A DNA stretch of 64,000 nt from Alphaproteobacteria bacterium (GCA_017962565.1 JAGCVC010000001.1:79119-143118), one strand, 5' to 3'; counted from the stretch's first letter, positions 35,201-44,720 are shown. Numbers and translations: made by a program. The notes: generated by a model from the letters alone, not told the origin.

Positions 35201-38181
35201 TCCAAAGTTCTTTGGATAAAGCAGATTCAGCTATCCAAACGGTTAAAGTTAATGGCACAGCGTTGACAGTAACTTCAAATGCAGTTGACATCTTAATTGC
35301 AGAAGGTGCTACAAATGGTACAATCAAAGTGAATAATGTTGATGTTGCTGTTCATGGTTTAGGTTCAGCTGCTTACGCAGATGCTTTGACTGGAACAATT
35401 GCTGCAAACACAACATCAAATGATTTGGTATCTGCCGCACAAGTTGTTGGTTATGCACAAGCACAATTGAAGAACGATGAAACTACACCGGCTGATATCA
35501 GCTCAACCGTTTTGACAACAGTACGTGCATCGGGTTCTGCTTCAGATACAGCTTTGGTAACAGAAAAAGCTGTTGCAACTGCAGTAGAAGGTGCAACATC
35601 TGATATTCTTGATGGTACATCAGTTTTCACCGGTTTTACGATGACAAACAATGCCTCAACACCGGCTAATGTAACAATTACCAAGATTGATGATGGTAAC
35701 CACACTGACTCTACAACCACAACATTGGCTACAACTGCTACAGTGACAAAGGCTGTCACCAATTTGAAAGCCGCTAATAATACATGGACTGGTACAAACA
35801 CGTTCAATTACAGTGACGATGCTGCTGGTGCTGGCGTAACGGGCTTCTCCGTAACAGCAACAGATACTGATGCTGGAAACTCCGGAGCAAACGCTTCCAC
35901 AACGTCTTTGACCGTCAACTCCAAAACCGGTGTGACAATTACCGGTGATTTAACAGCAAACGGTAATGTCACTTTGGGTGATGCCGCAGCTGATGTGATT
36001 ACGGTCAACGGAACAGCAACATTTGGTCAACAAATCAATGCTACGAACGGAATTAAAGCCGGAACAAACACAACATTGGTTGATGGCACATTGACAGTTG
36101 GCGATGGATCAACATCCAGCACATTGACACATAATGCTTTGTCAACAGCAACCGTTAATGCTACGACAGTTAATGCCGGAACAAATGGAACAGCTTTAGC
36201 TGACAATTCATTAACATTGCATGATGGAACATATTCAACGGTATTGAGTGCTGTTCAAAAAGGAACAACTACATCCAGTTTGTTGAATGTCAGCACAGGT
36301 ATGAACGTCAATGGTGATACAACAGTTGCCGGAACATTGGGTGTAACAGGCAATACAACAGTTGGTGGTACATTGACTGTCGGTGGTGCAAATGCAATTA
36401 CCGGCACAGCTGCTTCCGGATCAACTCCTGCCACATTGGATATGAACAAAAATGCTTTAACGAATGTACAAGGTTTGACATTAACTGATGGTGCTACTAC
36501 AGCAAAGACAGCTTCTTTGACTGTTGATACAACCAGTGGTGACTTGAGTGTTAATAAGACTATTGATGCAACTCAAGGTGTCAAGTTCGGCGATGGTACA
36601 ACATTGGATAGCGTAGCAATGACTTCTGCTGATCACGGTACTGCGGATATTAAAGCTGATGCAACTGGTCAAGGTGCTGTTGTAGCTAGTGTACAAACAG
36701 TTGCTGCAACACGTGACGCAATTAATGACGACGTTACAACCGTTTTAGGTGGTATCTATAAAGTTGCGGGTACTGGTGCTGTTGTTACTTATGACAATAC
36801 AGCTCTTACAGGTGCAACCGCAACAACGCCGAACCTCGGTAAAGGTTTTGCTGATGGACAAACAAACTTGTCAGCGGCTTTACAAAATTACGCTGGTAAC
36901 GTTGCTGCTGCAACTGGTTTGACATACAACGCTGCGGGAGCAAACACAACGACATATGTAGTAAAGACTGCAACAGATGCAGCCAATTATGCTGACTTCG
37001 CAGCTGGCACATCTTTGAAAGCTGCTGTTGATCAAACCAGCAAGAATATCGGTCTTGGAATGACATCCGTAACGGCACGTTCTGTAACAGGTGGTACAAC
37101 AGCTGCAACACAAACGGTCAACCAAAACTTGTCTGCTTTGGATGCTACAATCGGTGGCGATATGACATCCGTAACAACACGTTCTGTAGCGGGTGGTACA
37201 ACAGCCGTGACACAAACAGTCAATGCTAACTTGTCTGCTTTGGATGCCGCAATTGGTGCTGATATGGCGGTCATTGGCGATACAGGTACAGGTATTGCAA
37301 ACAGAGCAACTGCTGCTTTCCAAACAAAGAAAGCAAATACGATTAACCAAAACTTGTCTGCTTTGGATGCTGCTATCGGTGTTGATATGACAGCAATTGG
37401 AACTGGCCGTACAACAACAGCTTTCCAAACAGCTGCCGGAAACAGCGTCAATGCCAACTTAACAGCTTTGGATGCTACAATCGGTGCTGATGTGACAACA
37501 ATTGCTTCTACAACAGTAAAAACAGGTGCTGGAGACAACAACGGCGTTGTTGCAACAAACACAGTTAACCAAAACTTGTCAGCTTTGAATGCTGCTGTCG
37601 GTGACATTGCTACATTAAGTGCTGGTACAGGTGCAACCGGTGACGCAATCACCAATGGAACAGGCACCGCTGCCACAACGGTTGTTCAAGCTTTGAACAA
37701 CATCGATGCAACAATGGGTAACATCCATGGCTTGTATGATGGCTCAACAGTTAACAGTTCTGTTATAGCATCAACAGTCAATGGACATTCTAACTTGGCT
37801 GTCGGAACAACAGTTGAAGATCATTTGGTCAGCATTGATAATGCCATCGGCGATCGTAATCAATTTGATCAATCTCACTACATGCAAGCTATTGATTCTG
37901 TTGCAGATGCTATGATGAGCGTTGACCACAATTTGTATCGTGTCGAAAAAGAAATGCGCGGTGGTTTTGCTTCAATGGCTGCTATGTCCGCTTTGGTACC
38001 AAACGCACGTGCCGCAGGCGATACTCAAATTTCAGTGGGTGTCGGTGCTTATCGTGATCACCAAGGTATGGCTCTCGGTGCATTCCATTACTTCAACGAC
38101 AACATCTTGGCCAACGTTGGTGCTTCCTATGGTGGCGACAAGAGTACGGTATTCCGTGCTGGTGTTACATTCGGTTGGTAA
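32224..38181 (+). CDS. giant trimeric-autotransporter-type (type Vc, YadA-like anchor) adhesin with N-terminal Pmp-like (GGAI / FxxN) repeat region and Thr/Ala-rich stalk with 35-aa repeats
   Basis: ATG lies 2 nt after the ompA-like stop, with GGAAGGAAAA RBS. Long signal MNLKLSRTALRELTRLYRGVLFAAIISAAFVASGARA. Repeated F.(N/G)N....GGAI(Y/L/M)N motifs. The C-terminal ~75 aa (GGFASMAAMSAL...ISVGVGAYRDHQGMALGAFHYFNDNILANVGASYGGD...FRAGVTFGW) match the 4-strand YadA-type membrane anchor ending in W. Confidence 0.8.
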   Translation: MNLKLSRTALRELTRLYRGVLFAAIISAAFVASGARAEVTEVSTWDALKTGLTAGSDMKMTGNITISEGLGITDKDNTVDMDGKTLSGDAGNTNGFSIFGGSLDLKNGGTISDINRNGSTAGVFNVQGGDLSLTGGDFTFKNNTSTRGVIQVWESANPSEATLTTDVNSLVFNNNSSTMGGAIYHEQRYSDSDVVSELKGSTIKFENNKATAGNGGAILNVVGDISVLGDTNEFLGNSAKNASTDTVDKHYKRGGGAIANASGESLYDATMIVGKATSVNKFEGNTSITNGGAIMNRAVDADKNVDLTINGTSTFTGNTAKEKGGAIYNIQQAGRTATLTINGAATFSGNTANGEANDIYNDAGTVNLNAAAGKEISLAGGIDGAAGTLNVNGSGTTGTVSVANALKNQTVSVTAGELALSDVNLTGSTVGVASGATLNTIDGKINNYEGITLAAGANLKADVGLAGSGSHDAFTAAGAFNLTGLSITSDAESETTELTLSDQAVTVAAGLSTYTSKQKYTVANSETTGNIKLTGLGDGTGGLGAASADTSSPNVTHTMTDDEGFGGGTVAATNFELNGNNKSVDLDGDLNVASGKTFTAQNVTFEGSNDILNAGTMIIKDSNIDVDLTNNGVLISDPTTYSGTVTNNTTASFTDDTFTSTATLANNGTASLTDTTFETGSNINGTGTLQSVGGTNVIGATVTGQAIDIQGGSTLQLIEGSNIDGAAVTTSAGGGTLDLRNDRLDTLGSTTLGSNLSVKMDANLSTGATDAFGSFTSNGNTVTVDALELLALGSDQTLTLATGADAGAVTLSTDAITTLQTYYGTVTDNGDGTVTLSGKKTTADADLVGTWGTGDVIKAYDASDKANTSVGANLMALDAQKVNKSDVYTSVIDDTAVSNADEKVVSVKSFQDSIQNLMDNVSIEWQQQQQFADGIAIGTGGTAVQISQNTDGTLNVNKDIMINGNKALTTASALDGANLTNGTVAKAALASGVQSSLDKADSAIQTVKVNGTALTVTSNAVDILIAEGATNGTIKVNNVDVAVHGLGSAAYADALTGTIAANTTSNDLVSAAQVVGYAQAQLKNDETTPADISSTVLTTVRASGSASDTALVTEKAVATAVEGATSDILDGTSVFTGFTMTNNASTPANVTITKIDDGNHTDSTTTTLATTATVTKAVTNLKAANNTWTGTNTFNYSDDAAGAGVTGFSVTATDTDAGNSGANASTTSLTVNSKTGVTITGDLTANGNVTLGDAAADVITVNGTATFGQQINATNGIKAGTNTTLVDGTLTVGDGSTSSTLTHNALSTATVNATTVNAGTNGTALADNSLTLHDGTYSTVLSAVQKGTTTSSLLNVSTGMNVNGDTTVAGTLGVTGNTTVGGTLTVGGANAITGTAASGSTPATLDMNKNALTNVQGLTLTDGATTAKTASLTVDTTSGDLSVNKTIDATQGVKFGDGTTLDSVAMTSADHGTADIKADATGQGAVVASVQTVAATRDAINDDVTTVLGGIYKVAGTGAVVTYDNTALTGATATTPNLGKGFADGQTNLSAALQNYAGNVAAATGLTYNAAGANTTTYVVKTATDAANYADFAAGTSLKAAVDQTSKNIGLGMTSVTARSVTGGTTAATQTVNQNLSALDATIGGDMTSVTTRSVAGGTTAVTQTVNANLSALDAAIGADMAVIGDTGTGIANRATAAFQTKKANTINQNLSALDAAIGVDMTAIGTGRTTTAFQTAAGNSVNANLTALDATIGADVTTIASTTVKTGAGDNNGVVATNTVNQNLSALNAAVGDIATLSAGTGATGDAITNGTGTAATTVVQALNNIDATMGNIHGLYDGSTVNSSVIASTVNGHSNLAVGTTVEDHLVSIDNAIGDRNQFDQSHYMQAIDSVADAMMSVDHNLYRVEKEMRGGFASMAAMSALVPNARAAGDTQISVGVGAYRDHQGMALGAFHYFNDNILANVGASYGGDKSTVFRAGVTFGW
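37060..37640. repeat. coding tandem repeats of about 105 nt (35 aa) in the adhesin stalk, each carrying N-Q-N-L-S-A-L-D-A-x-I-G
   Basis: Near-identical units start at 37060 and 37161. Further degenerate copies carry AACTTGTCTGCTTTGGATGC at about 37225, 37341, 37450 and 37572. Confidence 0.55.
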
Positions 38182-38199
38182 TCGAAAACAAACAAAAAA

Positions 38200-38231
38200 T
38201 ACCCCGGCTGATTTGGTCGGGGTTTTTTTGT
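38200..38231 (+). terminator. intrinsic terminator after the adhesin gene (ACCCCGGCTGATTTGGTCGGGGT plus a T7 run)
   Basis: 7-bp GC stem and T-run 20 nt after the stop. Confidence 0.65.
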
Positions 38232-38293
38232 TGCATTATTAAAAAAAATATGCTACACAGAACATATCTAACAAAAACAGAAAGGATTACAAA

Positions 38294-38944
38294 ATGAAAA
38301 AATCAAAAAAATTAATTATTTTTTGTGTCGTTGTCGCTATTTTAGTCGGTGCCGGTTTTGCTGTTAAACATGAATTGTGGAAACGCTGTCCGAATGCACA
38401 ATTTGAACGTTACTGTGAAGGTACATCCTGCCCTTATGCTCAAAAGCGTTTAAATGACGGGGAAAAGAAATCTTTTGTTACAATCAGAAAACATCAAATA
38501 GAAACAGGCAAAAACCAATTGGATGCCGAAATCTTGAAAGTTGTTTCAAAAGAAGAATTGACCGAAATCAGTTTAAAAATGCGCGCAGCTTTAGCTGATG
38601 AAATTCGTCAATCTGTTTTGGATAATATGGCTCCACGTGATAAGTTTGCCGGCAATTATGATTGTATGCGTCAAGCCTATATCAACGAATTATCAAATGA
38701 AGAAGTTTTGTTCTTGCAATCATTAAAAAATAAAAGTTTGAACGATTTACAAAATCCGCAAGTTCGTCAAATGTATTTAAATACATCTCCAAAAATTATG
38801 AAATGTATGAACGAAACTGTTCAACAAAAGTATTTGGAAGAAGTAAAAGTTTTAACAACTCCGGCTGTAGAAGAAAAGAAACCGGCTCCAAAGAAAAAGA
38901 AGGCTAAAAAAGAAGCTCCTAAGGAAGAGAAAAAAGAAGATTAA
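38294..38944 (+). CDS. hypothetical exported protein with a Lys/Glu-rich C-terminal tail
   Basis: N-terminal signal anchor MKKSKKLIIFCVVVAILVGAGFA. The C-terminus is KKPAPKKKKAKKEAPKEEKKED. Confidence 0.5.
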   Translation: MKKSKKLIIFCVVVAILVGAGFAVKHELWKRCPNAQFERYCEGTSCPYAQKRLNDGEKKSFVTIRKHQIETGKNQLDAEILKVVSKEELTEISLKMRAALADEIRQSVLDNMAPRDKFAGNYDCMRQAYINELSNEEVLFLQSLKNKSLNDLQNPQVRQMYLNTSPKIMKCMNETVQQKYLEEVKVLTTPAVEEKKPAPKKKKAKKEAPKEEKKED

Positions 38945-38950
38945 AAAAAT

Positions 38951-38982
38951 AAAAGGTCGCCCAAACGGACGGCCTTTTTTAA
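38951..38982. terminator. putative bidirectional terminator between convergent genes (GGTCGCCCAAACGGACGGCC with flanking A- and T-runs)
   Basis: Short GC stem flanked by AAAA and TTTTTT, between the stops at 38944 and 38999. Confidence 0.45.
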
Positions 38983-38998
38983 ACAGATTTAAAAAATT

Positions 38999-41380
38999 TT
39001 ACAATTCCCGAGCCAACGATAAAATATCTTCTTCTGCCGCCTTTAATTGATGGACCAACTCTTCGTTTTTATAGTAAAAATCATCCCCATGTGCAAAAAT
39101 TGCCAGGCAAATAGCATCAAACGGATTATATGCCCACCCTTTTGCCAAATTTTCAAAATAAAGGCGATCAAAATTTTCATTACAACGCAATGTCCATTTA
39201 TCCGGATGCTTTGGATCATTATATTGTCCGTCTTGCCCTGTCCAACTGGTAAAAAACGCTTGCACGCGTTTGGCCGGAGATGCCAATAAAGCGCCCCATT
39301 GCATCCGTACCAACTGTGTTAAATCACACAAAGAATCATTGTAATTAAACCGTAAATCTTTTGCCAAACCGACAGCAAATGCGCGCCGTCTTTCCCATGA
39401 TAAGTTTTTAAAGAAATTTTGAATTGACGGTAAATCATGCGTATCCAAACAAGCAACATCCGTTTTTAAAGCTTTTGACAAATGGTACAGATGGTTTTCA
39501 TCATTTGTATCCCAAAATTGGGCTATCAACAAACGCCCTAATCTGCATTTGTGCATAACACCATCTAATTGTGGCGGACGTGCACCTAAATCTTCCACAT
39601 AAATATCTGATGCTTTCAGACCGTTTTTCTTTGCTGCTGCAAGCAAAATCTTTTTTGTAATATCGGAAAAATCTTTTTTAACAAAAGGTGCCAGACCGGG
39701 AATATTCGGAGAACTGTATAAACGCCCGGAAACCTTCGAACTTTTTTCCGAAATAACAAACGGATTAATAAAGCCGATATAATGATCCACACGCAAACCG
39801 CCTTTTGCATTTTTCATTTCTTTATCAATCACATCATACCAAGCTTTACCGGCCGGCCCCAACGAACCGTCTTTATTAAATAAAAGTTTCGGATTAAACA
39901 CTTTGAAATGCCAGTTGCGCTGTTTTTCATAAAACTGATCCGCGGGCGAACCTAAAGAAAATCCTTTTAAAAACAATTTTGACCGATCAAACGGGATATG
40001 AACTTGTAAATCGGCTATATATGAAACGTCACTTTGTTTTTGATATTTTTCAAACAATGCTTCCAAGAAATCATCAAAAGATAATTTTGTTTTTGCATTT
40101 TTATATGCTTCTTTTAAAGCCTTATTATAAGCTTTTTTAACCTGCTCGAAATCAATTTCTTCGTTTGTTTTTGGCATATCATAAATAGCATTAAGCGTTT
40201 TGGTACTGATAAGACCATCTTGACATAATTTTTCCAATGGAATCAAAAAGGGATTTATTTTTGAACTGGAAACGTATGGTGAATAATTTGCTTTTTCTTT
40301 TGTCTCGCCCATGGGGCCCAATTGAATTTTATCAAAAAGGCCTCCCAGGACGTTTTTTATTCTTTTAGCACCCAACCCACAGGCCGATCCTATTCCCGTG
40401 TTTCTATAGGCACTTTCGGGGGGCATACAAGGTGCAGGCAGGCCCAATGTAATTTCTTTATCCAAAACACGGTAGCCTTTACGAATTAAAGGAACATACT
40501 TTTGTAATTTTTCGGTTAACTGTAAAACCAATTGCCGTTTGCGTCCGGCCAAAAAGTTTGTATGAGAATCCGTTCCGCCCGTTTTTATCATTTGATGGCT
40601 TGAAGCAAAATCCAAAATTGTCTTAACCCATCTGTCTGTTTCTGTTTCAGGTTCTTTTCCCGATATCATTTTATCAAAAGAATGCGACAGGGGCTGATAT
40701 AAACTCATATAAAAAACTTCCAACCCTTCAACACCTTTTTCTTTTAACACATTAAAAAAGCGTTTCAAAAAATCCGAACCATTTTCATTGGCTTTTCCAT
40801 CTAACTGAATTAAATAAGGATGTGCAACACTTAAAAAACCAAACTTATGCTTTTTAAATTGTGTGATAACTTCGTCCAATGAACGACTGAATGTCTTTGG
40901 AGGATTTTCCGCCAACCATTTTGCATACTCTTTGTCGAAAGGATTAATACCGTAATGCAATAATTCAAAATCAACCGGACGCAATAATTTATCATCAAAA
41001 TAAGATAAACTTAATTCACATCCTAAAACCAAACGAATACCGGCATATTTTAACGGATCTTTTTGTATCTGTTTTAAAACAATCGGTAAAGCATCTATTG
41101 CATCATGATCGGTAATGGCCAAAAACAAATTACGATAACCGTATTTTTCCTTAAACAAAAGCGCATTTTTTAAATAATCTTTCGGATCTGACTGCCCGCC
41201 CGACACACTTGTATGTGTATGCAATGTTATCAGCTGTTTGCCATCATCAAAATCTTTTAAAGTCAACCCTTTTAAATACGCTTTTAATTCTGCCGGCCCC
41301 ATAATGACAGAAAGCAAATCTGTATTATCTGTATTTAATCCCTTTGCCAACGTCTTTTTATATAAAACGTCTTTCATCAT
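38999..41380 (-). CDS. malQ: 4-alpha-glucanotransferase (amylomaltase, GH77, MalQ-like) fused to an N-terminal PHP-like (polymerase/histidinol-phosphatase) domain
   Basis: GH77 motifs: GIGSACGLG...LGPMGE...SPY.SSS.INPFLI, GGLRVDHYIGFINPFV, IYVEDLG. The N-terminal ~230 aa contain LITLHTHTSVSGGQ...LAITDHD, typical of PHP metal-dependent phosphoesterases. Confidence 0.65.
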   Translation of the reverse strand: MMKDVLYKKTLAKGLNTDNTDLLSVIMGPAELKAYLKGLTLKDFDDGKQLITLHTHTSVSGGQSDPKDYLKNALLFKEKYGYRNLFLAITDHDAIDALPIVLKQIQKDPLKYAGIRLVLGCELSLSYFDDKLLRPVDFELLHYGINPFDKEYAKWLAENPPKTFSRSLDEVITQFKKHKFGFLSVAHPYLIQLDGKANENGSDFLKRFFNVLKEKGVEGLEVFYMSLYQPLSHSFDKMISGKEPETETDRWVKTILDFASSHQMIKTGGTDSHTNFLAGRKRQLVLQLTEKLQKYVPLIRKGYRVLDKEITLGLPAPCMPPESAYRNTGIGSACGLGAKRIKNVLGGLFDKIQLGPMGETKEKANYSPYVSSSKINPFLIPLEKLCQDGLISTKTLNAIYDMPKTNEEIDFEQVKKAYNKALKEAYKNAKTKLSFDDFLEALFEKYQKQSDVSYIADLQVHIPFDRSKLFLKGFSLGSPADQFYEKQRNWHFKVFNPKLLFNKDGSLGPAGKAWYDVIDKEMKNAKGGLRVDHYIGFINPFVISEKSSKVSGRLYSSPNIPGLAPFVKKDFSDITKKILLAAAKKNGLKASDIYVEDLGARPPQLDGVMHKCRLGRLLIAQFWDTNDENHLYHLSKALKTDVACLDTHDLPSIQNFFKNLSWERRRAFAVGLAKDLRFNYNDSLCDLTQLVRMQWGALLASPAKRVQAFFTSWTGQDGQYNDPKHPDKWTLRCNENFDRLYFENLAKGWAYNPFDAICLAIFAHGDDFYYKNEELVHQLKAAEEDILSLAREL

Positions 41381-41501
41381 ACATCCTTAATATGCAAAAA
41401 TTTTGTTGTTTTCACCCTATCTTTTTTGATAATAGCAAATAAAAAAATTTTTTCAATTTAAAAAAATAACTGCGTTGAAATTTCACCCAAACCCCAGGTA
41501 A

Positions 41502-41786
41502 TCAGATTAGCCAATTTGCTTTTTTCTTTTTTATTTTTCTGTTTGAACAAAGTCCGCATAATTCTTTTGCAATTTCTTTTGTCGAGAAAAACAACATGCT
41601 AGGTGCATCGCAAGTGTATTTTTTTCCATTCCAAGTATATGTGATTTCCTCATTTGATTCTTTATTTTTTTCTGCAAAAAGATTCCAAAGACCAATCGGA
41701 TTGGCATAACTGATCGATGCAAAAAGTAAAAATAAAACACATGCGGCACTTAAAGTTTTCTTCATTTTCATCCCCTTTTCATACAA
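41502..41786 (-). CDS. small secreted hypothetical protein
   Basis: The signal-like N-terminus MKMKKTLSAACVLFLLFASISYA suggests the internal Met at MKMKK may be the true start. Contains a CGLCS motif. Confidence 0.4.
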   Translation of the reverse strand: MYEKGMKMKKTLSAACVLFLLFASISYANPIGLWNLFAEKNKESNEEITYTWNGKKYTCDAPSMLFFSTKEIAKELCGLCSNRKIKKKKANWLI

Positions 41787-41815
41787 ATCAGTATAAATGA
41801 TTTCGTTATGCAGTC

Positions 41816-41844
41816 AACAAAAAAGCCACATTTCTGTGGCCTTA
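41816..41844 (-). terminator. intrinsic terminator of secA (GGCCACAGAAATGTGGC plus a U-run on the minus strand)
   Basis: 6-7-bp stem and T-run immediately downstream of the secA stop. Confidence 0.6.
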
Positions 41845-41848
41845 AAGT

Positions 41849-44563
41849 TTATTGAATTTTACCGTGACAATGTTTGAACTTTTTACCACTACCACACGGA
41901 CAAGGCTCGTTTCGGCCAACCCCATGGAAATCTATTTCACCATCGTTTGGTACTTTAATGGGATCCTGCGAAACAGCCCCTGATTGATCGTAAGATGACG
42001 AACCTGCCTCATTTTTACGAATGCGAGATAACATCGGATCAAATGAATCAAATGCATCTGCACTATCGTCCGGTGTTTTGACGGGCTCTGCCGGAACAAT
42101 TCTCAACTGAGCGTGAGATGACAAAACCATCACATTTTCACGAATACGAGATAACATTGCTTCAAACAAGTTAAATGCTTCTTTCTTATATTCTACCAAA
42201 GGATCACGTTGTCCATAGGCACGCAAACCAATACCACGCCTTAACATATCCAAAGCCTGTAAATGTTCTTTCCACATTTGATCAATTGTTTGTAATAACA
42301 GTTCTTTTTCCAAAGAAGTAACGATTTGAGGATCAATACCCTTATACTTTTCTTCCATCCATTTATCAGAAAAATTCATTACTTCCGTTATCAATTTTTC
42401 CGATGAGAAATCAGATGCTTTTATCCACACTTCAATTGGTAAATCAACTGCCAATAACCGTGTTAATTCGTTGTGCAATCCTTCAATATTCCACTCATCT
42501 GCATTACTTTTTTCCGGCATAAAGTAATTGACCGTGTCTGTGATGATTTCATGACGCATTTCTTTTAATACATCATGAACAGATTCAGATTGCATTAATT
42601 CTCTGCGTTGAGCAAAAATAACTTTACGTTGATCATTCATCACATCGTCATATTTCAACACGTTTTTACGTTGATCAAAATAAAATTGTTCTACTTTTTG
42701 TTGAGCCTTGCGAATAGCTTTTGTAATCCAAGGATGAGAAATACGCTCACCTTCCGGAATACGGAAAGTTTTCAAAATACCTTTTAAACGTTCAGCCCCG
42801 AAAATGCGCATTAAGTCATCTTCCAAAGAAACGAAGAATATTGAGCGACCCGGATCTCCCTGACGACCGGAACGACCACGCAATTGGTTATCAATACGGC
42901 GATTTTCATGTCTTTCTGTTCCTATAACATACAAACCACCGGCTTCGATAACTTTTTTATGTCCCTCTTCAACTTCTTTTTCAATGCGATGTGTGATTTC
43001 AAGGCGCTTAGCTTCATCTTCAACGCCATTCAATTCTTCCTTTAAACGCATTTCAAGATTACCGCCTAACTTAATATCCGTACCACGTCCGGCCATATTA
43101 GTAGCAATAGTGACCGCACCGGGCGCACCGGCTTGTGCAATAATCAACGCTTCCCTTTCGTGGTTTTTAGCATTCAAAACTTCAAAACGAATATTTGTTT
43201 TTTTCTGTAATAGATCAGCCAAAATTTCTGATTTTCCGACAGATGTCGTTCCAACCAAAATCGGTTGACCTTTTTCATGAGCTGATACAATTTCTTTTAA
43301 AATAGCTTCATATTTTTCGGCTTGCGTTCCGTAAATAGCATCTTGTTCATCGATACGCACAATCGGCTTATTTGTCGGAACTTCTACAACACGCAAATTA
43401 TATGTTGAATCAAATTCACCGCTTTCCGTCATAGCCGTACCAGTCATACCGGCCAACTTCGGATACATGCGGAAATAGTTCTGATAAGTAACGGCGGCCA
43501 ATGTTTGGTTTTCCGGTTGAATAGTAACACCTTCTTTAGCTTCCAAAGCTTGATGCAATCCATCGGAATAACGACGGCCTTTCAAAATACGTCCCGTAAA
43601 TTCGTCAACAATAACAACTTGATCATCTTTAACAATATAGTCAACGTCACGTGAAAACATTTTATGGGCACGTAAAGCTTGTTCTACATGATGTACCAAA
43701 GAAATATTTTGTATATCATATAAAGAACCGCTTTGCATAATGCCGGCATCGCGTAACCATTGTTCTACGGCATCTATACCGGCTTCTGTCAAAATAATCT
43801 GTTTGTGCTTTTCATCTTTTTCATAATGTTCCGGCTGTAAATTATACATGATCTTATCAACAGCAATATATTTTTCGGAAGAATCCTCCGCCTGTCCGGA
43901 AATAATCAAAGGTGTTCTGGCTTCATCAATTAAAATACTGTCCACTTCATCAACAATAGCATAATTAAAAGGACGTTGAACCATATCTTCCAAACGATAA
44001 CGCATATTATCGCGCAAATAATCAAATCCGAATTCGCTGTTTGTCCCGTAAGTAATATCGCAAGCATAAGCGGCTTTTCTTCCTTCACCTTCTAAATCAT
44101 GCGTGATACAACCGACCGACAATCCCAAGAAGCGATAAATTTGCCCCATCCATTCAGCATCACGTTTTGCCAAATAATCATTTACGGTCACAACATGGAC
44201 ACCTTTTCCGGTTAAAGCATTCAAATAAACCGCCAATGTAGCTACCAATGTTTTACCTTCACCGGTTTTCATTTCGGCAATTTGTCCTTGATGTAAGACA
44301 ATACCACCAACAATTTGAACATCAAAAGGACGTTGATGTAAAGTTCTTTTAGCTCCTTCACGCACAACAGCAAATGCTTCCGGCAACAAATCATCTAACG
44401 TTTCACCCTTTTCCAAACGAGCTTTGAATTCGTCCGTTTTTGCACGTAACTGTTCGTCTGTCAATTTTTCCATTTCAGGTTCTAACGCATTTACCTGACG
44501 CACTTTTTTCATTAACTTCTTGATATATCTGTCGTTTGCAGAACCAAAAACCTTTTTAAGCAT
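41849..44563 (-). CDS. secA: preprotein translocase ATPase SecA
   Basis: Full-length match to SecA (Walker [26 protein letters not shown]-terminal zinc finger [14 protein letters not shown]). Confidence 0.95.
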   Translation of the reverse strand: MLKKVFGSANDRYIKKLMKKVRQVNALEPEMEKLTDEQLRAKTDEFKARLEKGETLDDLLPEAFAVVREGAKRTLHQRPFDVQIVGGIVLHQGQIAEMKTGEGKTLVATLAVYLNALTGKGVHVVTVNDYLAKRDAEWMGQIYRFLGLSVGCITHDLEGEGRKAAYACDITYGTNSEFGFDYLRDNMRYRLEDMVQRPFNYAIVDEVDSILIDEARTPLIISGQAEDSSEKYIAVDKIMYNLQPEHYEKDEKHKQIILTEAGIDAVEQWLRDAGIMQSGSLYDIQNISLVHHVEQALRAHKMFSRDVDYIVKDDQVVIVDEFTGRILKGRRYSDGLHQALEAKEGVTIQPENQTLAAVTYQNYFRMYPKLAGMTGTAMTESGEFDSTYNLRVVEVPTNKPIVRIDEQDAIYGTQAEKYEAILKEIVSAHEKGQPILVGTTSVGKSEILADLLQKKTNIRFEVLNAKNHEREALIIAQAGAPGAVTIATNMAGRGTDIKLGGNLEMRLKEELNGVEDEAKRLEITHRIEKEVEEGHKKVIEAGGLYVIGTERHENRRIDNQLRGRSGRQGDPGRSIFFVSLEDDLMRIFGAERLKGILKTFRIPEGERISHPWITKAIRKAQQKVEQFYFDQRKNVLKYDDVMNDQRKVIFAQRRELMQSESVHDVLKEMRHEIITDTVNYFMPEKSNADEWNIEGLHNELTRLLAVDLPIEVWIKASDFSSEKLITEVMNFSDKWMEEKYKGIDPQIVTSLEKELLLQTIDQMWKEHLQALDMLRRGIGLRAYGQRDPLVEYKKEAFNLFEAMLSRIRENVMVLSSHAQLRIVPAEPVKTPDDSADAFDSFDPMLSRIRKNEAGSSSYDQSGAVSQDPIKVPNDGEIDFHGVGRNEPCPCGSGKKFKHCHGKIQ

Positions 44564-44643
44564 CTAATTTAAACCTTTCTATAAAATGTTACTCTTTCAT
44601 ACATAGGTTTCTTATGTACAAAAGTCAAGTCTTCGCCCATTTT

Positions 44644-44720
44644 TGGTGTCCTTGGCGGGAGTCGAACCCACGACCTTGGGATTAGGAATCCCACGCTCTA
44701 TCCTGCTGAGCTACAAGGAC
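44644..44720 (-). tRNA. tRNA-Arg (anticodon CCU)
   Basis: The reverse complement folds as GTCCTTG-TA-GCTC-AGCAGGAT-AGAGC-G-TGGGA-TTCCTAA-TCCCA-AGGTC-GTGGG-TTCGACT-CCCGC-CAAGGAC-A-CCA. The anticodon loop TTCCTAA gives CCT. Confidence 0.85.

Noticed and set aside
26640-37640. I considered a possible CRISPR array from the regular short repeats at 26640-26830 and 37060-37640.
   Set aside because: Both are in-frame coding tandem repeats (36 nt and about 105 nt) inside large ORFs. They have no unique spacers of constant length, and there are no cas genes anywhere in the window.
12538-37676. Numerous antisense or embedded ORFs listed in the six-frame track inside large genes (e.g. 12538..13053, 26519..26830, 30079..30813, 32187..32747, 33300..33560, 35451..35807, 37032..37676).
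   Set aside because: They are shadow ORFs with biased composition (Ser/Thr/Val/Cys-rich) opposite or overlapping well-supported long CDSs. They have no RBS and no motif support.
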